Shown here one piece after another: positions 19,837 to 27,745 of a stretch of 64,000 bases of DNA. Position 1 is the stretch's first letter; every line of letters begins with the position of its first letter. Origin of the DNA: a virus (taxonomy: Duplodnaviria; Heunggongvirae; Uroviricota; Caudoviricetes). The notes under the pieces are model-generated. The model saw only the letters and a list, made by a program, of their open reading frames with translations, was not told the DNA's origin and searched no databases. The stretch is from positions 189,489-253,488 of the IMG/VR virus record IMGVR_UViG_3300028914_000001. The stretch is one strand, 5' to 3'. A program made the position numbers and the translations under genes.

Positions 19837-20826
19837 ATGGATATCCAATACTTCAAAAACCCTAACATGAACGTGCTCAACTGCACACACTATGACCTTG
19901 ATGGAGTGGGGTCCCATCTTATCATCAAGACAATCTTTCCTAACGCAAAGTACGCCAAGATGTACTACGGCAAGGATAATGACCTCTTGACATTCAACAC
20001 TATTCCTAACAAGGAACAGTACAACGCCATCATCTTTACCGATTATACGCCAGTAAAATTCATGGACAGTGTTCGTGCAACTGGCATTCCTACCATGGTT
20101 CTTGACCACCATGCTAGCGCATCTGATTTCAACGACCCGGCTAATGCAATCATTATCGACAAGTCTGCTTGCGGCGCCCGTCTTGCCTATGATTTCTACC
20201 GTGATGTCAAGGATATTTCCCACCTCGAAGAACTCATCAATTATATCGACACGTTTGACCGTTGGATTAGAACCGATAAGGCACGATTCGAACATGCATA
20301 CAAGATGAACATGCTGTTCAAGGACAAGTACAAGCTCAATTTCGATGCTTGGATTGAAGCCTACAAGGATGGCCATACCGAATTCACGGAAGATGAAATT
20401 GCTTTCCTCAACCAGATTGACAGTGAAGTTGAACAGACATACAATAATCTGCAGTTTACAGACCTTCCTGGTGGCGGTGTATTGACCCGTTGCGACAAGC
20501 ATTCGACAGAAGTCGGTATTCGTATTCAGGACAGCGAAAAGTATAACTACTGGATTAACATCTATAATAACAAGCGTGAAAACAAAATCGGTTTGATGTT
20601 CCGTGGATATAACCCGAACATTTCCTTTGACAAGTTTGCTAGAAAGATTGAAATTCATGTTCCTGGCTCGAACATGGGTGGACACGGACTGTCATGTGGA
20701 GGCAAGGCCGATAATGAGACTGATGCAATGCGAATGGTCGCCATGTCAATCCCGTACATTCAGCAGCAGATTGACGGCACCTTTGTACAGGACGAAGAAA
20801 TGCTGAGTAAGCCTGACGAAATATAA
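19837..20826 (+). CDS. DHH/DHHA1 family phosphoesterase
   Basis: HYDLDG, FTDY, LDHH, C-terminal GGH. Confidence 0.88.
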   Translation: MDIQYFKNPNMNVLNCTHYDLDGVGSHLIIKTIFPNAKYAKMYYGKDNDLLTFNTIPNKEQYNAIIFTDYTPVKFMDSVRATGIPTMVLDHHASASDFNDPANAIIIDKSACGARLAYDFYRDVKDISHLEELINYIDTFDRWIRTDKARFEHAYKMNMLFKDKYKLNFDAWIEAYKDGHTEFTEDEIAFLNQIDSEVEQTYNNLQFTDLPGGGVLTRCDKHSTEVGIRIQDSEKYNYWINIYNNKRENKIGLMFRGYNPNISFDKFARKIEIHVPGSNMGGHGLSCGGKADNETDAMRMVAMSIPYIQQQIDGTFVQDEEMLSKPDEI

Positions 20827-20856
20827 ACTCTTGGTGCAAAAACCCAAGCAGTCAAC

Positions 20857-21984
20857 ATGAAAATTCTACAAATCAGGACGGTGCTTGCAACCGTCCTTCT
20901 TTCTTTATGTATCGGCCAGGTTTATGCCTGGTCTCTTCTATCCAACGCTGTCAACTCGGTTCTAAACCACGACATGTCGTTCGCCTTCTCTCTTGCCATC
21001 CTGTTCCTCGGCCTGTCTGCAGCTTTCATGGGAAAGTTCGTGGAAAGAAACCCGAAGGCGACCTACATCATGTCCGTGATTTTCTTCGTTGCCGGATTCC
21101 TCCTAAGTGGATTCGCTTGCAGCGTAGGAAGCGTCGGGATGTTCTATGCATCGTATGGCGTACTCTTCGGATGCGCATGCGGTCTCGGGTATGTAGCCCC
21201 AATCAAGACGCTGATGCTCTACTTCCGTCATAACAAGGCTGTCGCATCTGCCATTGCCATCCTATCGTTCGGGTTGGCAAAGTCTGTTGCAAGTCCGCTG
21301 TACACATACCTTACCTCAACCTATGCTATCGACCAAGTGTTCTATCTCCTTGCTCTAATCTATACTGTTCCGCTTATCGTGACATCGTTCCTGTTCAGGA
21401 AGTTCCCGGTCAATTACAAACCACCTATGGTCGAGACAATCGATATCGGAAAGACGGTTAGAACATTGCCTTACATTTCAATCTGGTTGTTCTTCTTCCT
21501 CAACATCGCTTGCGGCCTAGCCTTCATCAGTCAGGAAGCTCAACTATATTCCCACTATGGCGTGGCAATCGGGATGGCAACCTTGCTGTGTACATTGAGT
21601 GCTGTTTTCAATGCTGGCGGGCGTTTTGGGTTTGCTTGGATTAGCGACAAGTTCGGTCGATACGTTCCGTACATCATCCTGTTCGCATTGAGTTCCCTGC
21701 TGTGCTTGATTAACTTTGGATTTGCTGGACTGGGCCTGTTCGTTGTCAGCGTCATGCTCATCAACGCTTGTTATGGCGGAGGTTTCTCCGCTTTGCCTGC
21801 ACTGCTCGCAAGCAAGTACGGGATAACGAATACATCAACCATCCATTCTCTGACATTGAGCGCTTGGGGTATTGCAGGAATTGCTTCACTCTTCTTGAAG
21901 CAGCTCCCGGTTGATACCTTGTTCATCACATGCTTCATACTGTATGGCTTCAACCTTCTGTTGCTGTACCTGAGCAAACGATAA
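20857..21984 (+). CDS. MFS transporter, oxalate:formate antiporter (OFA)-like
   Basis: LCIGQVYAWS, GLGYVAPI, NAGGRFGFAWISDKFGR, CYGGGFS; many TM helices. Confidence 0.85.
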   Translation: MKILQIRTVLATVLLSLCIGQVYAWSLLSNAVNSVLNHDMSFAFSLAILFLGLSAAFMGKFVERNPKATYIMSVIFFVAGFLLSGFACSVGSVGMFYASYGVLFGCACGLGYVAPIKTLMLYFRHNKAVASAIAILSFGLAKSVASPLYTYLTSTYAIDQVFYLLALIYTVPLIVTSFLFRKFPVNYKPPMVETIDIGKTVRTLPYISIWLFFFLNIACGLAFISQEAQLYSHYGVAIGMATLLCTLSAVFNAGGRFGFAWISDKFGRYVPYIILFALSSLLCLINFGFAGLGLFVVSVMLINACYGGGFSALPALLASKYGITNTSTIHSLTLSAWGIAGIASLFLKQLPVDTLFITCFILYGFNLLLLYLSKR

Positions 21985-21997
21985 ACTATATGTAATT

Positions 21998-22639
21998 ATG
22001 AATGACTTACTGAAAACCTATAAGACGTTTGTCGATTCGGTCTATGCCAACTTTGGCAAGGCTGCTGCAAAACCCATTATCAGAGAAGGGTTCAAAGCGT
22101 TATGTGAAGCTATTGACGATAACATGGTCAAGCTGGTCGAGTACCTAAATCAACCAGCTGCTACGCCAATACATAACTCTGATGGCGTTCTGATGACAGG
22201 GCGTAAGGCTTTCAACTACTTCGAGAACGCCTCTATAAAAGAAGGAATGTGGGGTGTTCATTTTACCTACCTAGAACCATTCTATTATATATTGGAAGAG
22301 GGGTTTTCTAACGGAACGACTAATTTGGACCAACTTGCCTATACAGGAAACTACGAAGGTGGGCGAGGAAAGGATGGATGGTTCTTTGCACTTCCATTAG
22401 ATAGCAAATACTTGAAGTCGTATGACATGGGTTACGGTGACTACGGGTTCCTTATAAAGACTGATTGCGTATTGGTTGACCACTTGGGCGATGGTGATAC
22501 TGAGATGTTGTTCCGTGGCAGTGATGTAATTGAAATGATACCTTTCTATTACGACGAAGACTCCGAGATGTGGATATCAAAGTCCGACGGGGCTGAATAC
22601 GCTACTCTTGAAGAGTTAATCGCTAAGTACGCCAAATAA
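21998..22639 (+). CDS. leader-tagged protein, putative ADP-ribosyltransferase-like fold
   Basis: VHFT...ILEEGF...GWFFA...YG...E pattern; F-x25-E leader; GATAAACTA upstream. Confidence 0.45.
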   Translation: MNDLLKTYKTFVDSVYANFGKAAAKPIIREGFKALCEAIDDNMVKLVEYLNQPAATPIHNSDGVLMTGRKAFNYFENASIKEGMWGVHFTYLEPFYYILEEGFSNGTTNLDQLAYTGNYEGGRGKDGWFFALPLDSKYLKSYDMGYGDYGFLIKTDCVLVDHLGDGDTEMLFRGSDVIEMIPFYYDEDSEMWISKSDGAEYATLEELIAKYAK

Positions 22640-22659
22640 GTGGATTGTTACCTGTTTTC

Positions 22660-22689
22660 AGCCGACCTGCAATAGTGGTCGGCTTTTTT
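22660..22689 (+). terminator. intrinsic terminator
   Basis: AGCCGACC...GGTCGGCT followed by T tract. Confidence 0.75.
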
Positions 22690-22740
22690 GTTGCTGGAAT
22701 AATATATTTTAAGCTAGAATAAAGATTGGAGGAAACCGAT

Positions 22741-23193
22741 ATGGTATCGGCTGGCCTTTTGATAACAGACGGCGAGAAGTTCCTTGTGGAGCTGCCGTTG
22801 CACCAGACTCCTGGTGAACACCATTTTGATTTGCCCAAGGGTCACGTCGAGGATTTCGACAGTGACTTTAGGGGCACTGCGTTTAGAGAAGCTAAGGAAG
22901 AGACTGGTTACGATTTTGACTCTTATAAGGACCGTGCATACGCATTGTGTAATGAACCTGTCAGCTACATCAAGGGCAAGCAGATTGTCCTGTACCGTCT
23001 CGACCTGACGAAAGAAGAGATGCCTAGTATCGGCGAGTACAAGTGCCAGAGTTTCTTCCCGGACAAGAGGACGGGCAAGAATGTTCCTGAGGTTATTGGC
23101 TATGCCTACAAGCCGCTTTCCGAAATCAGGAAGTGGCTCTTCAAGGGTTATAGCCGCACGTTTGACAGGCTCGGTATTTTCAAGGAAGGATAA
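22741..23193 (+). CDS. NUDIX hydrolase (no leader)
   Basis: DLPKGHVE...AFREAKEETG; ATG follows GGAGG. Confidence 0.9.
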   Translation: MVSAGLLITDGEKFLVELPLHQTPGEHHFDLPKGHVEDFDSDFRGTAFREAKEETGYDFDSYKDRAYALCNEPVSYIKGKQIVLYRLDLTKEEMPSIGEYKCQSFFPDKRTGKNVPEVIGYAYKPLSEIRKWLFKGYSRTFDRLGIFKEG

Positions 23194-23693
23194 TGTCACT
23201 GTTTGAAGTCATCGTCTATTCGCTCGGGATATTCCCCATGCTCCTTGTACTCGGAATGATTGCGAGGGAGTGGTGGGTGTTCCGTAAGAATAGGGTTAAG
23301 GGAAGCTCTAAGACCAAGGGCGAGCCGCCTACACCAGTTCTCCCGAAGGCAGAGTTAGCAAAGTCTGATTTCGATGACATAGCGAAGAAAAAGCGGGAGG
23401 TCGAACTCGCCGCAGAGATACGCCGCATCCTTGCCAAGTCGGTTACACGTCAGGGCGAAGGTGAATACGACTTCGACGCAAACAAGCTTACCGCAGTTGA
23501 ATACCAGCTTCTTTTGAACTATGCCAAATCCCGCAAGGAGGAACTTAATTCCTATGTGGAGATGTGCAACAAGATAAGTGAAGAACCCGAAGCTGATTGC
23601 AGCGAGGAAATGAAATTGATTTACGGAAACATCGGCCTTATCGAATTGGCTAAATTCGTCGAGGCTTTCTCTGACAAAGCAAATCGTTGGTAA
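23193..23693 (+). CDS. hypothetical membrane-anchored protein
   Basis: N-terminal hydrophobic helix; translationally coupled (TAATG). Confidence 0.7.
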   Translation: MSLFEVIVYSLGIFPMLLVLGMIAREWWVFRKNRVKGSSKTKGEPPTPVLPKAELAKSDFDDIAKKKREVELAAEIRRILAKSVTRQGEGEYDFDANKLTAVEYQLLLNYAKSRKEELNSYVEMCNKISEEPEADCSEEMKLIYGNIGLIELAKFVEAFSDKANRW

Positions 23694-23704
23694 TGGAGGC
23701 AAAA

Positions 23705-25063
23705 ATGAACAACGATAAATACCTAAACATAATGGAATTCCTGGCAAAGGCGCTTTATGATGTCGGTGCCACGGTAAAGCATATCTACAAGGAAGAGCAT
23801 CCTGCGATTCCGCCTATCCCGACGACGCCGCAGCCAGTGCCGCCTAGTCCGCCTAGGTACACTGTCGAACAGGAAATCCCTTTCCCGCCAGCGCCGAATT
23901 GCCCGCCACCCGTGGTGGTCAGACAGCCAGAACGCTATGGTGGTCTTGGTTTCAAACCGCTTATGAAGCCGAAGGAACCCTGGTTTGATAAGCAACGTCC
24001 GATACCTGGCCCGAACCAGTTCTGCAACATGCAGGACTACACCTTCCAGCAGTTGAACGGTAATGTCCCGGCGGAAGCTACCATCTTGGCTGACCCGTTC
24101 ATGAAACCGAACCAGAAAGTGAATCTTGAATCGAATCCCGATTATTTTGGCTTTGACCATAACAAGAACACCCCAATACGGATGAAAACCATGGTTGACA
24201 CCGCTGATGGACACCCAGAGCCGATTGGCAATCTGATTAAGGAACACCCGGCGGCTCTTGACGCAGCTAAAACCAATGTGCAGAAGATGAATCCATCCCT
24301 CGGTATTTGTCAGAACCTGAGCAACGGTAAGATAGAACGGGAAATCGAGTCCCTTACCAAAGCGTTGAACGATATGACTCTTATGGGCAAACCGGGTTCT
24401 ATGAGCGAGGTGTCCAATAAGCTCGTCGGCCTAACTTTTGCTCGTACCTATCTCAACTTCCTGCCGAATGAAACTGGAAAGAAATTCATTGTTAACGAAC
24501 TCAAAGATAATCCAGTTGCACTCAAGGCTTTCAACGATGCCGTCGACGAGAATGAAGGAATGAGAGCTAAGGCTATTGCTGAGCGTCAATATGAAAGTCA
24601 ACGTGTCATGTCGCAACGTGGTATCAGTATCGGAAAGGATTTAAAAGCCTCGATGGACAATTTCTATAGCCCTAAGCCAGATGAACTTATGGCTAAGCAG
24701 GTAGACTTTCCGACAACTCCGCAAGACTTAATCAAAGCTGCCATGACAAAAAAATACCTGAAAAGCATCGACGCAAAGAAAACCGTAGGTAAAATGACCG
24801 ATATGCTGGATACATGCAACAACTTGGCTAAATCTCCCGCAATACCTGGAAACGAGGCAATGAAGGAAGCCGAAATGTCGCTGACCGAGGAAAACTTGAA
24901 GAAGGATGCATCGGAGATAAAGGCAGATGACCGTCCAGTAATACCTGAAAAAGAGGAAACTCCCGATGCTCCGGCTGAACAGCCGAAAGAAAACGTCAAG
25001 GAAAAGAAATTGAAAGCGAAAGCTAAGGAACAGAAAACATTAGCCAATTCTAACAAGGAGTAA
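23705..25063 (+). CDS. hypothetical Pro-rich protein
   Basis: Long ORF with GGAGG before MNNDKY. Confidence 0.75.
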   Translation: MNNDKYLNIMEFLAKALYDVGATVKHIYKEEHPAIPPIPTTPQPVPPSPPRYTVEQEIPFPPAPNCPPPVVVRQPERYGGLGFKPLMKPKEPWFDKQRPIPGPNQFCNMQDYTFQQLNGNVPAEATILADPFMKPNQKVNLESNPDYFGFDHNKNTPIRMKTMVDTADGHPEPIGNLIKEHPAALDAAKTNVQKMNPSLGICQNLSNGKIEREIESLTKALNDMTLMGKPGSMSEVSNKLVGLTFARTYLNFLPNETGKKFIVNELKDNPVALKAFNDAVDENEGMRAKAIAERQYESQRVMSQRGISIGKDLKASMDNFYSPKPDELMAKQVDFPTTPQDLIKAAMTKKYLKSIDAKKTVGKMTDMLDTCNNLAKSPAIPGNEAMKEAEMSLTEENLKKDASEIKADDRPVIPEKEETPDAPAEQPKENVKEKKLKAKAKEQKTLANSNKE

Positions 25064-25066
25064 AAA

Positions 25067-25336
25067 ATGGCAACGAAGAAAACGAAGACCTATAACTTTG
25101 GAAAAGCACTTGAAGCCTTGAAGGGCGGTAAAACTATCCGTCGTCAGGGTTGGAACGGAGTCGGTATCTTTATCGCTCTCCAAGTTCCCGATAAGAAGTC
25201 CAAGATGAGCCAGCCGTACCTCTACATCGACACCCTCGGTTTGCAGACGACAAACCCGAAGGCTCCGAAGGGTCGTGTACCGTGGGCACCGAGCCAGACT
25301 GACCTGCTTGCCGAAGACTGGGAAATCATCAAGTAG
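25067..25336 (+). CDS. DUF2829 / Tad2-like anti-defence nucleotide-signal sponge
   Basis: FGKALEALKGGK.IRRQGWNG...PYLYI...PWAPSQTDLLAEDW is the DUF2829 signature. Confidence 0.85.
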   Translation: MATKKTKTYNFGKALEALKGGKTIRRQGWNGVGIFIALQVPDKKSKMSQPYLYIDTLGLQTTNPKAPKGRVPWAPSQTDLLAEDWEIIK

Positions 25337-25356
25337 GAATTTTCCCCACACAAATA

Positions 25357-25384
25357 AAGCCTCCGTGTTACACGGGGGCTTTTC
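25357..25384. terminator. bidirectional terminator
   Basis: AAAGCCTCCGTG-tta-CACGGGGGCTTTT between convergent genes. Confidence 0.75.
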
Positions 25385-25406
25385 TGATGTTTCACGTGGA
25401 ACAATT

Positions 25407-25991
25407 TTAGAACTTGATACCTTCCCTCTTGAAGGTCTTGTCAAACTCTGGCCATAGCCACTTGCCTATTTCCTTCAATGGAAGATATTCGTAGGAGCAT
25501 GCTTCTGGCATTGCGGCGTTCTTCTTAGGGTCATGGAAGTATGACTTGCAGGAATAAGATGTCAACGGTGGAAGCTCTTTCAGATTTATCCTGTAAAGCA
25601 TCAGGTTGTTTCCTTTACGGAATGGCACCTGCTTGCGGAAAATTCCCTTGGCATCGTTGTAATACTTATGCCAGTTGTACCCGGTTTCTTCCAACGCTTC
25701 CCTGAATGCGGCATCTTTTACACTTTCGCCATCGTTCTCGACGTGGCCTTTCGGTAGGTCATACTGGTGTGGCTTTCCCTTCTTGTTTCCTGTCGGAAGT
25801 TCTGCAAGGAATACTTCACCATCGGTGATGAGAAGTCCAGACGAGCATGACGGATGTTCCTCATTGTTTCTCGGGTCTGCAAATTCAAGCAGGGTCTTGG
25901 CTAAATCCTTGACAGCTTCAAACTGTGCCTTTGATGCAAGTATATGCTTGGCTGACTCGTTGAATGTATCTATGACATATTGTGGGGTCAT
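25407..25991 (-). CDS. NUDIX hydrolase with N-terminal F-x25-E leader
   Basis: DLPKGHVE...AFREALEETG; paralog of 22741 with about 47 extra N-terminal residues. Confidence 0.9.
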   Translation of the reverse strand: MTPQYVIDTFNESAKHILASKAQFEAVKDLAKTLLEFADPRNNEEHPSCSSGLLITDGEVFLAELPTGNKKGKPHQYDLPKGHVENDGESVKDAAFREALEETGYNWHKYYNDAKGIFRKQVPFRKGNNLMLYRINLKELPPLTSYSCKSYFHDPKKNAAMPEACSYEYLPLKEIGKWLWPEFDKTFKREGIKF

Positions 25992-26017
25992 TTTAGGTCA
26001 CATGTTAAATCTAATGA

Positions 26018-26026
26018 TAGTTTATA
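26018..26026 (-). promoter_or_regulatory. putative late promoter TATAAACTA
   Basis: Recurrent motif upstream of 25991. Confidence 0.7.
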
Positions 26027-26040
26027 TTCCAAAAAAGACT

Positions 26041-26072
26041 AAAAAAGGAGCCTGCCTTGCGGCAAGCTCCCT
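26041..26072 (-). terminator. terminator after major capsid gene
   Basis: GGAGCTTGCC-gcaa-GGCAGGCTCC followed by T6. Confidence 0.8.
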
Positions 26073-26100
26073 TTCAGTTCCGTTTAAGGAATTCGAGTGA

Positions 26101-27594
26101 TTACCACTCTTCTTCCTTAGCAGCCGTACCGAACGGACGGTCGAGCGTGTGGCCAGCCTTGTCTGCAACACCAACGGTGTCGAGAGTTACGCCCACAGTC
26201 GGACCTTCGTTAGATTCCCACGGGATGTCACCAGTGAAGGAAACACCGAGGAGGTCGTTGTTCACGAAGCGAACAACACGGTAGAACAAGCCGCAACCGA
26301 GCAAGTTGCTGACAATGGCGTAACGGCTCTTCACGATGAGACGTGGGCTTCCGTCTTCCTGTCCTGCAGTCTTGCAGAAGATATACGGGATGTACGGCAT
26401 GAAGATGATACCAGATTCGCCCTGACGTGGTCCCTTGTAACCAACGAGAGCGTAGTCCTGCCAAGAATAGATATCCTGGTAGAGCTTAATCTGACCGTTC
26501 AGGAGAGAACCAGCGTCGGAAACGCCACCACCCGGCTGAACAGCGGCATCTGTACCGAGGTAAGTCGGGATATAGATACCAGAGTTGAGAGTAGAGATTG
26601 CAGCAACGATGCTCGGAGAGCAGATTGCAAAGTTACCAGAGCCCATGCGGGTCGTAAGAGAAATCTTACGGGCAACTGCGATAATCGTGTTCACGATACC
26701 GCCAGCAATCTTTTCAGCGACCCAACGGCCATCCTGGAAGTTTGCGTGACCAGAGAGGTCAACGGTGATAGCGGCTTCACCACCAAACATCGGGTTCTGA
26801 GCGACAGACACCATAGCAGCGAGGATTTCACGGTCGATTTCCTGCTGAATCTCAAATTGGAGACCTTCGAGCAAGAGTGCTTCAACGTCTTGGCCATGGG
26901 CTGCCGCCATATCCTGTTGAAGTTCCAAGGTGTAATGGCTCTTGATAGCCTTCGTACCAACACGGATAGCACCACTTACGACCTTGATAGAGGCCTTCTT
27001 GATGTTGTAGTGGCCAGTGTTTTCATCGTAGTAGTCACCAGTACCCGGCTGGTCGCCAAAGTGGTTGGTGAGGTAAGCGTTACCAGTCTTGTTGGCAGAG
27101 TTCATTGCAGCGCCATCATAAGACGGACCACCGAACGTGCCTTCACCGTAGTTGGAGAGCATTTCGCCAGCCATCGTTGTCCACGGGTTGAAGGTGCCCT
27201 TCACACCAGTGTGGTCAGACACGAGGTCATAACCAATTTCCTTCTTGAGACCCTTACGGAAACCAACAGTCTTCGGAGCTTCGTCGTCATAGAGGAAACG
27301 AAGTGCGAAGTAAATTCCGTTAGGAGTTGTGGTCGGGATGGTAGCTACGGTCTGCATAGCCAAGAGGTCAGGGAACTGACGACGTACCAGCGGCAAAGCG
27401 TACTGCTGGTATTGGGCTACGTCAGCACTGACGTTAGCAGATTCTGGGAGGAAACCCTTGTTGAGCTTGCACTGGGTTTCAAGAAGTGTGGAAACCACAG
27501 CAGCTTCAGCACGGGACTTGAGCTTACGACCAAGGTTGGATTCCAAAATTGGAGCCCACTTGCTCGTAGCTGACTTAGGTCTGAACTGTTGCAT
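26101..27594 (-). CDS. gp23: major capsid protein, T4 gp23-like
   Basis: KWAPILE, LVRRQFPDL, IYFALRFLY, YTLELQQDM..HG.D, EIDREI, PYIP, SRYAI; start MQQFRP follows AGGA (27612 is an alternative). Confidence 0.95.
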   Translation of the reverse strand: MQQFRPKSATSKWAPILESNLGRKLKSRAEAAVVSTLLETQCKLNKGFLPESANVSADVAQYQQYALPLVRRQFPDLLAMQTVATIPTTTPNGIYFALRFLYDDEAPKTVGFRKGLKKEIGYDLVSDHTGVKGTFNPWTTMAGEMLSNYGEGTFGGPSYDGAAMNSANKTGNAYLTNHFGDQPGTGDYYDENTGHYNIKKASIKVVSGAIRVGTKAIKSHYTLELQQDMAAAHGQDVEALLLEGLQFEIQQEIDREILAAMVSVAQNPMFGGEAAITVDLSGHANFQDGRWVAEKIAGGIVNTIIAVARKISLTTRMGSGNFAICSPSIVAAISTLNSGIYIPTYLGTDAAVQPGGGVSDAGSLLNGQIKLYQDIYSWQDYALVGYKGPRQGESGIIFMPYIPYIFCKTAGQEDGSPRLIVKSRYAIVSNLLGCGLFYRVVRFVNNDLLGVSFTGDIPWESNEGPTVGVTLDTVGVADKAGHTLDRPFGTAAKEEEW

Positions 27595-27693
27595 AATGTT
27601 ATCCTGTGCCATCTGGCACTGTTTGAGTTCTACTTTAAGTTTATTGAGGTATTTCGACAAAAAATTTTTTACCTCAAAATCTGCATTGAAATG

Positions 27694-27721
27694 AAAAAAA
27701 CCCTCCGAATGGAGGGTTTTT
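27694..27721. terminator. terminator after portal gene
   Basis: AAAAAAACCCTCC-gaat-GGAGGGTTTTT. Confidence 0.75.
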
Positions 27722-27745
27722 GAGGTGATTTTCGGCTGTATTTCG

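Noticed and set aside
26149-27573. 474-aa plus-strand ORF; similar long ORFs at 11958-13052, 37466-38650, 3188-4039 and 19801-20685
   Set aside because: Antisense shadows of well-supported genes, explained by codon bias; no RBS or protein motifs.
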